Positions 25,097 through 41,300 are shown, numbered from the stretch's first letter. The stretch: DNA of 64,000 nucleotides from Trichinella spiralis (GCF_000181795.1 NW_003526944.1:5529861-5593860); one strand, 5' to 3'. Notes: generated by a model from the letters alone, not told the origin. Program-made: numbers and translations.

Positions 25097-28000
25097 CGGA
25101 ACGGTTATTTAACCTAAGACAATTCACAATGATACAAAAATGTATGTTAATGAATAGCAGGAATGGTATACTGTATCAACGAAAGTTCCATAAATAAAAA
25201 TTTTAAAAATAATTATCTTTAAAATGCTGATAATACGATCAAATCACATAAAAAAATTTTTAATTTATTTTTGTATTTTAATTACTCACGAAATCTGACG
25301 AAAATAAAACTTGTTAAACAGTTAACATTCGAAACAATAAACATGCATGCAAAGATGCAAAGAATATGCAAAAAGTCATAAAAAAGGTCAATTAAAATTA
25401 AAAATTACTTTTTTATTATTTTTATCATAAAATTTAATTTTTAATGTAATTTTTCTTATTCAATTCGTATTCTTTGAATTTCTTATTATTCGTATACTTT
25501 GAAAAAGACATCGAAATTATCTTCTTATGAATAATGTAAAAGTAAATCCAAACTGCTACTAGTTTATGCGAGTAATTTCACACAAGTAATATGGTGAAAG
25601 TATATTTACACTAAAACGTATATCATGCCATTTTTATTTGAATGCCGTTATCGAGCGCACAATTCATCTTTGTCCATTCATCATGTAAAGTTACTAATTT
25701 ATAAATGTCTGCGATACAATAGCAAATGTAATTTTAAGATTACATAATTTTGTGAGAAGAATGCAGGAACAAGTTGAAAAAATAAACGGCAAAATTAATT
25801 CTTATACTCTTTCATGATAATTATGATTTAAAAAAGTTTTCAAATTTAAAAGTTAATCAAATGTCTAACAAATTTTAATTCTATTAATATGCTTCAGTTT
25901 GACAACAACAACACAAATAGAGATAATAGATGCTGTGTTCATAAATTTAAAAAGGAATCATAAAAAGAATAAAATGGACTGTGAAAATAAACGTATGCAT
26001 ACAAAAATAAAAATCTATTTATTTGCTGTTTATTTGCTTTTCAAAGTGTTTTGTAACGTAATAGCAGAAAAGTGATTAATAAACATGATAAATTATTCGC
26101 CTGTTTTACTTCTGCCTGATAAATATCTCATGTGTCCCAGTTCTTAGTTAAATGTGTTGTCATATTTCATTGTTTAATATTAGAATCATCAAATCAACTA
26201 TCGCCAAACTATCTTCAGGATAATAGACAAGAAATAATTTTAGAATTAAATTCAAAATACTTTATAATGCAATACGGTTGAATTTACAAAAGTAAATTCA
26301 TATTTATAATTCACAACCTAAACAGTCACCAAGTTATTCTCTCAGCAAAATATGCAACGAAAACAGAATTCGACAAATGATCTTTTTTGTATGAAACTCA
26401 ATCAAATATAAATTCAAAAATAGAGAAGCGGAACTTTCCAAAGATGCACTTAAATTTATCATTCTATTTGATAAAATCAAATACTTATATCCACATGAAA
26501 TTATCGAACAATTTCAATGAGATAGAAATTAAAATTAAAGGTTTATTTAAAATTTAAATTTTTACTTTCGTTCAAAATTTGCAAACTACAATTATATACA
26601 ACAGCAAAATGTCATTCTCTCGCTAAATAATTAACTGTAGCTTTTGAAGATTATAAAGCTGATAAAATTTGTTGAAAAAATTTTACTACTGCTCGCTTTT
26701 TCGTGATACGGGATGGCTCGCAATTCAAGATGGTCAATAGAAAAACGTGGTAAACATCGATAGTAAAAATTAATTTTCTTGATTCAAAATGAAACTTTTA
26801 ACGATAATTTAGCAAGATAAGTAAAGCAAGCCAAATGTTGAGAGACTAATTTTGAAATTGAACTGACAAGTAAAACAATATTTTGTTCATTGAAGCGCTG
26901 TGCAGCATTGCATCTACTTTAAAACAGACCTACAACAAAATACTCAAATACTTTGCAAAACCAGCCTACATATGTGGTATTAAATTTAGCAAACGGTTTT
27001 GTTTAAAAAAGTCCCTTTTACAAGGCAAACAACTGCGTTGCCTGCTTCTTGAATACAATGAAAATTCGCCCCATTTCAATTATTCAGCTTTTTGAACCAT
27101 TCTTGTCAATCGTCAAAAGCCGTGCAAATGATGCTTCTTTTCTTTTTTCTTCTTTTTGATTTTTCCATTTTTCAATCTCTATCCGAAGCGTACATTGTGA
27201 CCAGTGGTCATTTTATAAGTTGGACAGTATTTTCTGAAAATTAAGTATTAATATAGAACTTACTGTACAAAAGAAAGACCAAAACTTACTGTGAAAAATT
27301 TTCTTTTCTGCATCGCAAGCACAAGCAAGTAGTGTAAATTTTGAACGAAAAATAATTTACTTACTTGAAAGAAAAGAAAATAAAGATGTTTTATGCAAAT
27401 TTGCAGAACGCCGTTCAATTTTTTGAAAATAGCAACGTTGTCAATGGTTTCACAGAAATTCATTACACAAGTATGATAATCTGACGAATGATAGACGACA
27501 AATTCACAGAATTATGAAAAATAATTTCAAAATTGAAAATACCTCAGCTTCAATGAGTGACGTTGCGGTGAGTTCGAAATGGTGACGTCATGTGTACAGA
27601 GAAAGGTAGAAGGGCGCGGGAAAAAAGCGTTGCTGTTAGTTCACGCTGCTGAAGCGCCAGCTCGACATCTTCACCGTGGCTGGTCGTTTTCATTGGCAGC
27701 TGAAACTCGGCTGCAGCATTTTGGATTTTATTTTTGATCGATTCGACGAAAAATTTCTTCCCCTACAATTTTGCCGGTCAAAGTTTTCTCCCCGGCTAGG
27801 CGTCTGCCATTTACACAGCCGGCTTTGTTACTTTACAACTAACGTAACTATCATTTGGCGCGACAGTATTTTTCTTCTTATTTTCACATTCATTTTTCAG
27901 TGTTGTCAACGAATTTAAAATAGTAAAGTTTACTGTAGGATAATCTTTATGAATTGTTTTGTTCTCTTGGCATACGGTCCAAGATGAAGCATAAACAAGG

Positions 28001-28564
28001 TGTAATTGGTCAAGTTTAGCAATGGCTGACTTACGCAAAACGTGTCAGCTTGCATTCAATCATCTGATGGCTTTTCGAAAGCAATTTAAGTTTTTTTCCT
28101 TTTTGTACAATTTTCTTTTTCAGTCTTCCAGATTTACACGCTAGAAGCTTTTTCAACAACATTATGTATGTCTGTCTGTTGTTTTCTGTTTTGTTTCAAG
28201 ATACGCGCTAATATATAAGAAGAATTGAAATGACGATCATCATTTCGTTTTCTTTGTTCTCTTTATTGCTTTCTCTCTTTCCCCCTCGTCCCCCAATTTC
28301 TCCCTCTCCTTCTACCTCTCTTCCTCTTTCTCCCCCCTCCTCCTCCCCCTCTCCCCCCCTCTTTCTCCCTCTCTCTCTCGCTTTCTATTTCCTTCTCCAT
28401 CTGTTCTTGTATCTTTCTCTTTTCTCTTTCAGAGTGCTTTTGCTATGCGCTTGCTTGTTCTCATTTTAACAACGTTTGCTTTTTCCGTTGCTTAGTGTCG
28501 TCGGCTGTTCAAACGACGTGCAGTTGGAAAAAAAATAAAGCCAAAAATCTCAAGCACAACTAAA

Positions 28565-31500
28565 ATGGTAGTCAAATGGACATTGTTTTGGACAACAACG
28601 GCTGCTGTGTGCACTTGGTCTGCAAGCTGTGGATATTCAGGTATCGAATGTTGACAATTTGAAAAGAAATAAAAATTATTTGACTGCATTATTGTTTAAA
28701 AGAGAACAAGAACATTATAACGGAAGCAAATCAACGACATTATGGTGAAAGTGCTCCACATGGTCCAAATGGTCGAATGGTATCGTTGGGTTCGATCGAA
28801 AGTATGCAGATTCGAGTGCACGCTGGCAATTTGGCAGAACCAGTCAAGGTGCAGCGACCTTGAATCAAATGGAAATTGCCAACAAAATTGAACAATTAAT
28901 TTGCAATTTAGGTTTTGGATTTGGTCCAGCCAGACAATGCGCAGAGGAATGATCCGGCTGCAGCGCTGAACCGCGCCTTTTTAGCTGAGATGCAGAGTTC
29001 GATCGAGGTGCTCTGCCATGATCGTTTCTTTCTAATCTCTGTTTCAAGAATCAGCGCCCGAATGCTCGGTGTAAAACAGGCCAGTCAGGTAAGAGAGCAG
29101 AATTTCTCATCAACATTTACATCACCAATTGGTATACTTTTCAAATAATGATGAAAGCGGTACAACGCTAAAATTCGATTCAATTCATTCTTCGCCAAAA
29201 ATCATAACGCGAAACAATCAATACAAAAAAAGGCTGCATGCATACTTGAACACCTGGAAAACAACTTTAACATTGTCTTTCCTCTTCGAGACAAAATATT
29301 CTTTTCCCACTTAAATTCTTCGCTTTGCATACGTATAAGCATCGCAATTGATTATTCAGTGATTAAGGTTAAATTTTCTTAATCAAACCAACGACTTGAC
29401 TTGAAATGCGTGTTAATAATATTAAATTTTTAAAAGAAAAAAAAACAATTAAATGCGCTATTGAATTAGCTTAATGCAAAAGAAGCCAAATCATTCTGAC
29501 TGTACTCTGCATTTCATATTCGGATTAAGAGTTTTGAATTTTTAATACGAATTTGCAAAGCCTGCATCGTTTATTTTTCCTCAATGCATTACATTCAATT
29601 CAAATATTGAATATTACAATATACAAGCAACGCAGGGAATATATTTTGATGAACTGAACGTAATTGTTTTTCTTCGATTTTCATCTGTAAATTTTATTAT
29701 ATTTATTTATTATTTTATTACAGATAGATCACACATGTGCATTCAATTTCATATATGCCAAAATATAAATAACATGTAAACATTTAAGAGTAAAATAATA
29801 ATAGCAAAAAAGAAATAAAACACGAAAATGTGAACAGCTTATGCAAATTGTCAGTGAAGTCGACACTGCTTTATGAGCAAAGCTTAAAAATTGAATACAT
29901 TCTTAAATCAACATCGCTAAACTGCGTATTTTTCCATCTGTATTCGTTTGCACAATATTACAGCAAAATAAAAATGTTCTCCGATAGATTAAAAAAATCT
30001 TATTACAACACGTCATTCAAAGTTGTGAATAATGCATGCAATGCTCAGCGGATTGTATTTTCAATTTTTCACTCTCCATATGCGTGCATCAAACAAACCA
30101 GTGTGGGGTCACAATTCATTTGGACACAAATAAATCATTCGTGATTAAGTAAGCAAAGTGCAAAAGTCAATACATAAAATTTCAATCAGAATTTGATCAT
30201 CACTTCGAAAAACAATGATTTAACTAAAAACGGACTATTAGAACTTTTGAAAAGCCTTCAGCCCTTTTTCTGATCCGATATATCGTTGCATTGTGCACAA
30301 TACACAGCATAATTGGCTAAATTTATAAAAACAGTCACAGTATTATGATTAACATCCAAACAGAGAATAATGGCTTACTGCTCAGTTCATTCACTAGCGG
30401 TAAACTACCGTGACGTACAATGATGGTCAAGTTACAATGTGGAATATGTACAGTTAAATTCTACTATTTTAGTTCTTCATGAGCAACCTATTTGAACACA
30501 CATTCACATCTGCACATATGATTTATCATTATATAGTATACAAATTAAATGTATACAAATGTAAATGGGCACAAATTAAATTATCATTTGACTTATATTG
30601 CCGATGTCAGATGACAGTTTTCACAGCAGGGCATCATATTGTGCTTTCTTTTTACCTTTTATCAAAGAAACCACCTATTTTTTTTCATTCAATTACCAAA
30701 GCATGCAACTGGTGTTCACTTTTATCAAATAATAAATAATAGTTGGTTATGTTTTCAGCTCACAGTAATACAATATTTAGTAGAATATATGTTTTAAATT
30801 GGGAAAGCATCGTGCTTCAATTAAAAAAATCGAACATAAAAAATAAATTTATAAGGTTTTCTGCACACACTTCAACATTCTAATGAATGAATACATAATG
30901 ATCGATAAAAGAGAAACAAACCATTATTTTATCTTGGCAAGCTTTATCTAATCTTCAAAAATATAAAATTTCACAGCTGATTATATCCAATTGGCAAAAC
31001 AATAAAAAAATTAATAACTTTTTAATTATTCTAAAGGTGTCAGCGAAACTGTAAGTGAAACGAGCATTTTTTCAACAAATAAAATAATAATGATTACATT
31101 TTAGTGAAGAAATAACAGATTTGTGTAAAAATTCATTCTTTTGCCAAAGATGATAGTAACTTTTCCTTTTCTAAATGTAAAACAACAAAAAAATTTCTGA
31201 CGCTTGCAGTTGAAAATGTTTGCTTGATTTTCTATTGTTGTATGCAAAAGTGCAACCTATCAAGCTGAAAAGAAAGTTTCTTTACATTCTCTAGAAATTA
31301 TTCTAGTCTAGAAATTACAATTTTCCATATACGCTTCTAAATATTTTAAAATGCTAATTTCTTAGCTGTTGCTATAAGTGAAACATTACTATCTTTCAAG
31401 TTTACTTATCGACGATGATTGTAGAATGTAAACATTTCTGTCACATACCACTTATAAATGCTAAAATACAGATAACTGCTGCCTTGGTTTAGATAATAAC

Positions 31501-31812
31501 ATTAAATAATACAATGTTAATAACTATTATTGCACTCTGAGTGTAACTTTGCAAAAGTTTACAGAAAAAATATTTTCATACAAACAAAAAATGGTTCGAA
31601 TTTGAAAAGAAAACTCAACAGCAACAACAGTTCTTTACTGTGTTATTCAAGAATTTGTAATAAATAATGTCGAACCTATATATAGCTAATTTAATATTCC
31701 ACTTATCATATCATTTATTATTAATATTGATCAGTAGGAAAGTAGTATGGGATGTATTGGAAAATTTGCAATGCTTCGAGTTATTTTAAATCCTATGCTT
31801 CAAGCATGTCTC

Positions 31813-31863
<51 letters not shown>

Positions 31864-34800
31864 CATATAGTGCTCCTCCGTTTGTCCACTTCACGCAGTT
31901 CCACGGCGGAGCACTCAGCTGCAAAATGTTAACCAATTACCGCGTTGTTTAGCATTTGTTGAAACATTAATTAACGAAAATGTCAGTTATAATGAAATTC
32001 AATCATTCTCTACCAACAAAACTTTGGTTAGTGCTCATGGCAACCGCCAATTAGGTGGTCAAACTTAATACAGTCGTTGTGAAACAACTCTCATGAGTCA
32101 CCGTTTCGTTGGTATTTTTTACCGATCGGTGAGGAGATTTGCTGAGATGAAAGGGGAAATTTGTCTCATTCTAAAAATAAATCGATATTTGTTGTTCATC
32201 TTCATACACAACCATACTCCCCCCCCCACACACACACAAGAGAGAGAGAGAGAGGGAGATGATTGAATTGGTCTGCTGAAATAATATTATTCACCATCTA
32301 ATTGCCATCATCTACCTGTTTTGTAGAGAAAAAAGTTTTCCAAAAGGAAATTGAGTTGGCATGAAAAATTCAGATCGATTATTGCACACGCAAATCTTTG
32401 TAAATCAGTTTCACGTTTATTTTTTCCCCTCCATAACTGCTACACTGTGCATAAGTGGAAAAAGTGCTATTCTTGGGCTGAGCTTTTTTTAAAGTTATCA
32501 ATAACACGACAAAAGGAATCGATTTTAAACTGAGTTCAGAAGCACACTTCAACAATTAATCAAGCTTACAAAATTTTTCTCTATTTCATTATTTTTTAAA
32601 TTCATTACTACCCAATAGCACATAGTCACGCAAAAATAATTTTGAAAAAGCCTCTTACCACTGAAATTAATCCTTAAATAGCGTGCAAGGAGAACTGTAA
32701 AATCTTTCCACAATTCAATTTTAATATGATCGATATTGTTTGTCTAAATTTTGCATACTTCAAAGACAAAAAACAAAGATGCAAATCCTTTCTGCTGGAA
32801 TTTAGATACAAGCTTAGATGCGCTTGAAAGTATTTCTCCATAATCGGCTCAAAAGTGAATAATACATTATTATTATTATTGAATACAGAAAATTTCGCTT
32901 GCAGATTTCGTTCAGTAATGATTCGGAAGAACTCTGCTCTGCTACAGAAAAAAGAAGCAACGCTACTCATATTGTCCTCCATTCACTGTATACAAAATGC
33001 AACACAGAACGACATGTATACAGTGGACGTGAAGAATATAACAATGAGGTAAGTTGTAATGTACAACCTTTTCACATAAAGAACTAACTCTGCAACGGCT
33101 TATCCTATCACATATGCATAGCCTATCAAGCTCGGCTGTTAATTATTATTAAAATGATGATGAAAATAATTTCCAAAAAGTAAGATAGAATATTTTTTCA
33201 AATAATCAACTACATAACTTGTGTTTATAACTTATCAAGCATCTTTTGTAATTATCAATCATAATAATCAACCACATGCGAATAATTTGATTTATCTTTG
33301 ACTTGAACTTCCTACATTCAAACAGTCACTCCCACGCAGCCACCTACTCACCAAAAACAAATTAATCTGTCCAAATATACGTATGACTGTGCGCGAATGC
33401 GAATTTATCTATCGCAATGTTTACTCGTCATCATTCGCATCAGTCAGCTGTTGCGAAGATTTGAAAATTTGAAATTGAAAAGTGAAAAAAAAACTATCAT
33501 CAAACGATCATATGTTTTCTTTCAATTTTGTTCCTTATCTTGGAGATTGTTCGACGCTTTTTCATCACGTACCAAAAAACCAACGGACGGACGGACCGGG
33601 TAGAGATTATTTGTCATGAAAAGTTGACAAAGCTGTGCTCCTCCAAGCATGCAAAGGGAAGAAAACTTGTCAACCTTTACCAAAAAATATACAACATTTT
33701 TTGCAATTATTTTCACAATACACTTCAATGACACGAATGGTTGGATTAATTAATTTTTTTTCAATTAACTCTACGTTTAATAAGTGAAAAAAGTGGATGA
33801 AAAAAAATTTCACATCTGTAACTAACAGCTTAGTGTAAAAAAGAAACCACCGTTGAATTGGATAATGGGTGAAATTGATCATTAAAATAGAACTAAAAAT
33901 ATAAATAAATATACAATAGAGGATGATGAATTTTAGTTGCGTTTAACAAGTGAAGAATCTGCCAACATTGTCGACTACGAAGTCAATCGTAAGGTTCCAC
34001 CAGGCAGCAGGATGTTGACCACGACCGTAATTCAAATACGCTGCGTAAAATTGGTAGCCGACGAAGAAAACGGAAATGAAAATTTCACCAACATGCACGA
34101 AACATCTGCGACGGTAAAAATTTTATTATTCCCTTTTTTATCTTTCATTTTTTTGATATAGATGATTCATTCAATCTTCATTTTATTTTATAAATGTATA
34201 TATATAATTTAAAGAGAATCGGAAAATTTCCAAAAAAAAACAGTAAAAAGTTATTTTTCAAATTTTAAAAATGATAATAAATAATAATTAATTGAAAGAG
34301 GAAAATGAAATAGATGCTTGGAAAAACTGAAAAAATGCACAACAGATTCAATTTATTTTATTGCGATTATGTTTGTTTGCGAGCTTTTGCTATTTTGAGG
34401 AAATCATTCGAAAAGTAAATGAACAAAAATCAATTCAGATGTAAGGGTAAAAATTGAAATCGATTGAAAAAATTAAATGAGCTCAAATTAGCGCAATCAG
34501 AAAACATTAGGCGTCCATTTTCAGCAGCAACGCTACATTTTCAGTAATACTTTTTCAAATGAAAAACATTCGCTGTTGTTGCTGTTCACTGTTATCACAT
34601 CTTGATATGTGAAAAAGATTTAAAAAATGATTGAATATTGTTAATAACAGGTAATAATAATAATAATAATAATATAAACTGATGCGCTGATTTGTATCAA
34701 GCAGATATAAAAATAGTGTTCAACAGTTTCTGAGTTTTCTGTCTGTCTGTTCAACAACTATTGAAGCGAACATTGCAAATATATCCCCCCCCTCCTCCTG

Positions 34801-37800
34801 CTCCTCCTCTCCCTCGGCTGCTTTTCTGTATTTTTTTTTCGAAAATCATACTTCAAAAAGTGAAAAATTCATTCATATTGCTTAAAAAAATTCAATAGTA
34901 AATACAAGAAAAGAAAGATCAGCTAAATAAAATAAAATGAAATTACATCGCCATTTGATGGTTATCTGCCATGGAAAAAATGGGGCAGTGTACAATTTCA
35001 TAGCACCAAACGCATGGTGTAGCCAAAAATACGACTATAATTGACGTTCATTATTGACGTCGTTGCTTTTTCCAATTTGCGGGCAGAAAAGAGCCGACGG
35101 TTGCTTGCAGGCAAAAGTGATTGATTGCCAGTAGATTGGTGCACGAAGCAAGAGATGCAAAAAAACAACACAACAACAACAACAACAACAACAAAACGCA
35201 TAAGCAGCAGCAATAAGCAATAAGCAATAAGCAATAAGCAATAGAAAGCAGCAGCAGCAGCAGCAGCAGCCGACGCAGTAGTAATAGTGATAGCAGTATA
35301 GATGCTTCGATTTTCTTTTTCTATTTTTGAAATGCAAAGAAGGAGCAAGCAGCGTGTGAAGCCTTTAGCTGACAGAAGCTGTCATAAATTATTTCTGTCT
35401 CCGGAGAAAAGTGATCACGTTTTCTGAATGTTGAAAAAAAAAAGAATAGAAAAATTCTTTGAACAACAAGCAGCCAACCAGCCAGCCAGCCAGCCAGCGA
35501 GAGGGGAAAAATTTTGCACGCGTAAAATATATGCTGTCAATCCGATCGAGTGTATTTTATTCTCACTCAAAATCTATTCACTCCAAAAACTTACTTCCAA
35601 CTTGTTTACAGCTTTTTACTAACAAATAGCACGTGTTTTTCTCACTTCAGCATGAATTCTATAAATTTTTTTAATTAAAAAAAATCAGACCAACAAATTC
35701 ACTCCAGTTTTTGAAAACTGATGAAATTGCAACTGACCGATAAACTTTTACAAACATACAGTAGCAGTTTGTTATACAGATATTTTTTGCTTCAATGATT
35801 TGAAAACAAAAATCCAAAACTACAGAAGGGATTCTAATTTCATTTCATCCATCTACATCCACAACTAACTTTGAAAAAAATTTCCTAATGAAAGTAAAAC
35901 TATTCATATCAACTCTTATTTCATCATCCAATTAAAGCCAGATTAAAAAAAAATTTTTTTTTAAACAATTTATAAATTGCTAACGGCTAAACAGTTTTCT
36001 GTCAAACGTTCATTCTTCTGTGAGGCTTTCCTGGAGCACAGGTGAAAATCTTCTTGCACAGTTACGACAATTTGAATTGATGAATAAATACAAAATGTTT
36101 ACCGTTCCAGTGACAATAGCTGTTAGCAAAAATAAAATGTTTTAATAGCAGTTGCCAAACTGTGAATCAATAAATTAATTTCCTCAGTTATTTTTTCTTC
36201 TTCAAATTATCAATATCAAAAAATGTACGTATTATCACGCTATTGTAGCACACTTTTACTCATTATTCATCCGCTGAGAAAAATATTTATTTTCCCCCAG
36301 ATGATACTACTGTTGAAAAAGTAATTTCAAACAACAATTTTATCATCAAATCACGTATAATTTGTTGTAGGTTTAGGAAAGTCCATAATACATTGTTATA
36401 CCTATATACATACACACACACACATATATATATATATACATATGTAAGCATTAGATTTGACTGACTGATTATACCTTTGAATTATTGAGCGTTTCGAATC
36501 AGGTTGCGTAAAAATGGCGTCTGCTTTTGTCGATTCCAGTTTTGTTGCGCGCTGTTGTCCTGAATCAATAATAGTAATAGAGACAGACATGGTTATTTAT
36601 TACATTTTTGATCCTCCAGTCTCTATCCTAGAGTCAACCTTAAGTATGGCTTGAACAGAAAATGATAGTACCTGAAGCTTTAAGGTTATCTTTTTTTTCA
36701 AATAGAGCAACAACTATTCCAACTAAAAGTAACAATAATATTCAATATACAGTGGACATACACACAGATACATATACATATATATATATATATATATATA
36801 CAGACACAATAAATAAATAAATATATATATATATATTATATATGTGGTTTTTCTTTGCATGTATCAAAATGAAATTTTCAACTTATTCTACATATCTAAT
36901 TGTTTGCATAATTTTCCCATGTTCAACAATGAAATGGAGTTAGTGTAATGATTTTGGATACATTGTTGTTTGATTCGGTTGAAAACAAAGGCAGATCATG
37001 TACGCCTTTTGGGACGTCGACACAATTGAAAACAGCCTTCTGTAGACTGACATATCATGATTGGATTTTGTTATTTGAATTACGTTAAACAGACTACGCA
37101 TAACGTGGGTGTGAAGCTAGTCGGCTAGTTTACAACCGTAGCAGCCACTGCTGCTGCTACTACTACTACTACTATTTAGTAGAGATTATTATTTTTTTCT
37201 TTTCTTTCGCAGTAAAAATGAAAAAATCCATTTCCACTGAAGCATTAGCACAGACAAATCTGTCTGTCTGTCTGTCTGTCTGTGTGTATGTATGCAATTT
37301 TCCCAAAAGATCAACTGATTACGATCGTGTAAAATTAGGCTGATTTTTCTTCTTTCCCTTTCGTGCTTTTTTCTCTCTTCACTCCGCCCACGCGATGCTT
37401 TTCAACAATAGATGACGCTGTGTGATGTATGTCTGCTCACACTCTTTTTATTCTTCTAATTTTTATTTTTCTCGTTTCGTTGTAGCAATTCTGTTTACTC
37501 ATTTTTGATGCTATTGTTGTTTTTGTCGTTGTCTTCTCATTTTTCTTCTGTCCAATTCAACGACAATGCAATAAGTATCAAATTACAAGGAAAACTGCTA
37601 CAAAAAAGAAGACAGTCTCGTCCATGGGTGAGCTGTACCGCCACTAGACGGCGCATTGGTCGAAAAGCGATTTTTTGTTGCTTCTCGGCCCTAGTAATAG
37701 TCGTGTGAGAACGAGACGATTGCCTGCCGCATGCCGGCTGCCGCTTTTCGACGCAAACTGGACTACTACTGCTACTACTGACACAGCATTGTCGTTGTCA

Positions 37801-38310
37801 TCGTTGTCTGTCATTACGATACGCCAATTTGACTGAGAACAGCACCAACAACATCCTCACACACACACACATATATTATATATGTGTATATATATGTATA
37901 TCCTCATATAAATAAATATATGTAGACAGTCAGACAGATATATATATATATATATCTGCATATACATATATGTATATTTGTACGTATTCATACATATATA
38001 CATACATGCAGATTTATTTATTTGTACGTATACCCCCACGTACATGTGTAAAAGAAGTCATTCACAGATACTGAAAAAGTAAACGACTGTCATTTTCAAC
38101 TACTACTGGTGTGATTAGTAAGATCTGAAAATTCTCTACATCTGTGCTGTTCGCTACACTGTATTTTCCGTATTGGTGTGAATAAGATTAATATTTCACC
38201 AACAGCTACCACTACTGGTAGTGCCGTTGTTGTTATACATCGCTGCCTTGACTGTTAGTTACCGTTACTGTTGTTGTTGTTGGTGTTGTTGTTGTTGTTG
38301 TTGTTGTTGC

Positions 38311-38341
<31 letters not shown>

Positions 38342-41300
38342 GGTTGTACAATCAGCTAGCTTGGCTAGAGCTAAGCTGAAACAACGTTATAATTTCCGTT
38401 TAGGAGGTCTTAGTTATCATCGTCTGCTGCTGCATCGACACTACTAGAAAAATGTGCTGTTGGTTTTCCTTTATTTTACTTATTTGCACAATTCAATGGC
38501 ACCTCTCCGTTGTTCACTGTGACGACAATTCAACTACCACCAACAAACGGCCCAAGGAAACTACTTCTACACGTGAACAAGTGAGACAAATAATCATATC
38601 CAATTCGAAAACTTTTTCTCATTCCACTTACTATCCTCTATTAATACCATTAGAACATGAGCAGAGTTAATACACATACATCTCTATCTCTATGTATATG
38701 CATTTGTATACTATTTTATGTACAAGTAGAAAATGTTCAAAAGTTAGCACAAATGTTATTTTCTTTTTAAATGCAAGGTCATTAAGAACTACAATTGTAT
38801 TGTATCTAAACAGACAGACGCATGAATTTTTTGCCCTTCCTCTCTCTCTCTGTAGAAGAATTACAACAGTTCAATGAAATTGAAATACATTCATACATTT
38901 GGCTGTTGGATAATTGTTGGGCAGAAGGAGAGAGAGACTAGGAGAGTTTAAGTTGTGACAATCGATCGAAGCTGCTTGTCAAATTTTTTTCTTGTCAAAG
39001 GAGGGGGGGGGATGGGGAAATTTTTGTTTCCTCAGTTAGCCGCGATATCTGATTTTTCTGCGGAACGCGCAGAGAGAAAAAAAAGCATGCAGAAAAGACG
39101 ACAGACGTTGCACAATGACCTTTTTTGCTGGTATTATATTTTCCAACACTGACAGACTGCTGCTGTGCAATGCATGAAGAGAAAGAAAACTTTTCTCTGA
39201 TTATTCTGGTTTTTATTTTTTGTAACTTTGTGCAGCAGCAGCAGCTTGTTCCAGTTTTTGATGATGGTCGGTAAAAATTTCTGCTTAACATTTTTAAAGC
39301 GGTTTTTATTGTCACCGTACGATGACAACAATAAAAATCGCTTTAACTGCCGTTGATAAGTTTGAGCGGAAAAACAGGAAAAAAAAGTTGCAATTCTTAA
39401 AATATTGCAGCATATTTGCTGACTCACAACAAACAACACCCAAGCTATTATTTTTCCACTTTTTTCTCCCCCTTCCACTGCACCCCTTCACGGTATATCA
39501 GATGTCGTCGAGACGACTGGCAATTTTTATCGACTTTCACTGAAGAAGCAGCATTACGTCAGAAAATTTTTGAACGTTTTCAAAATAAAATAATATAAAA
39601 AAAATAAGCTAAGCAAAAAGCTGTTGTTGTTCACTTTGCACGATGTTGAAATATCAATTTGAGAGATCTGAATTTGATTTTCAACAACGACAAAAGAAAT
39701 GAAAAAAACCTCCACCATCACCATAAACCCCAATAATAACTTCCCCTCTCATTTCTTCTTCTTTTTTTTATTATTCCTTTTTTCCTCGAGCTACCTACTA
39801 TCTACGTGTGTGTGTGTGTGGATCAATTTTTCTAAGCCTTTACATCCACGATATTGATTGATTCAGTGCTTTTTTTGGCATTTCAATATTTTATCAAAAG
39901 AACAATTTTCACGTATGCATCATCATCTGGGAATATGTGGAAAAAATTAACAAAAAATTTTCTTTTTAAAAATATATAACAACCCCAAAAAAGCATTACA
40001 ATTTTGTGCAATGTGTGCGAGTGCGTCATCGATTTGTTTTGTACGTTGCTTTCGTTTACAACGAAAGGAAGAGAAAAAAAGAAGAAACAAAGCATACAAT
40101 AGTAGAAAACAAGCAAGATCCGGGTGATGTCAGAACCGTGTTTATACAAGATAGGAGCAGTGTTGATTTAATGGGGATGCACCATTGACGATGACGGTTA
40201 TACATTTTTCTACTGTGTTCACGGTAAAAAGCGATTGCGTAATCATCTGTAGCTGTAGCTGTCGAAACGCTGAACACAGACTGATTATTGAATCAAAAAA
40301 AAAGTATTTTTAGCTCTCTTTCTTTTCTCTCTCTCCCTCTGTTTATCATACATATATTATACAATGATCGATCGATTTTTTCCTCTTGCTTCTTTTTCTT
40401 CAAACAGCAGGGCATATTTTTATGCGGGCTCAAATGTTTCAGAAACACCAAACCACTAACCAACTCTGTATTTATTTATTTATTTATTTATTATACACAG
40501 CATGTTATATTGCCATTTTCCCTCTGCACTTTTTTTTGATTGATTGATTTATTTCTATCTATCTAACAATTTATCTTCACTTCCTTTCATTCCCTCTCTC
40601 TCTCTCTCTCTCCATGAATCACTTTTTCATCCTCCTTTGCTAGACACAATTCAACCATTGGAGTTTTATAAATAATAAAATTTTCTCGCTCTCTCACTTT
40701 TTTTGCTTCAGTTCGATTTTTAACCGCACTTCACTAGACACCGGATGTACTAGTCACTTTTTGCCTCATTTTCTCCACTCATTTATTTCTTAGCGGTTTA
40801 GCTATGAAATCACACGGCCGGGTAGCAATGCTCAGGCATAGCATGGCATGTGTACGCATGTGTTAAAAGTCAATTTTCTTCACTTGTTCCGCAGTCGGCG
40901 CTCAACTCAATGCCTGCCTACCTCTATATCATTCACGCCAGTGTTTTTGAACGTAAAAATCCCGAGGTTGACTGAATTTATTATGCATGGTGGTGGTTCT
41001 TGAAATTTCGCATTCTCCTCGTGCCCAGTCGTCAGACGATGAACACTAAACACTAGACGACGACGAAGACGACGACAACGATCGATCAAACGAGCTCAAT
41101 TTTTTTTTCTTTCTTTTCCCCCTCAATTCCCCTCTTTCACAGAAAATCGCTCGCTTACTCGCTTGAAAAATAAAAATCCTAACTCAACAACACATGCCCA
41201 ATATAAAATTCAAAATCTTCACTAATAAAGTCTATCGAGTGATTGATGATGCATGTCTCAGGCAACTGAAAGGTGAAAAAAAACAAAAATTCTAATCATG

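Noticed and set aside
27583..27590. CRE palindrome TGACGTCA upstream of the ZP gene
   Set aside because: A single 8-mer is expected by chance about once in a window this size; not supportable alone.
34998..35348. ORFs with poly-Ala/Val/Cys, and YIYI repeats at 31747-31952
   Set aside because: Translations of intronic microsatellites.
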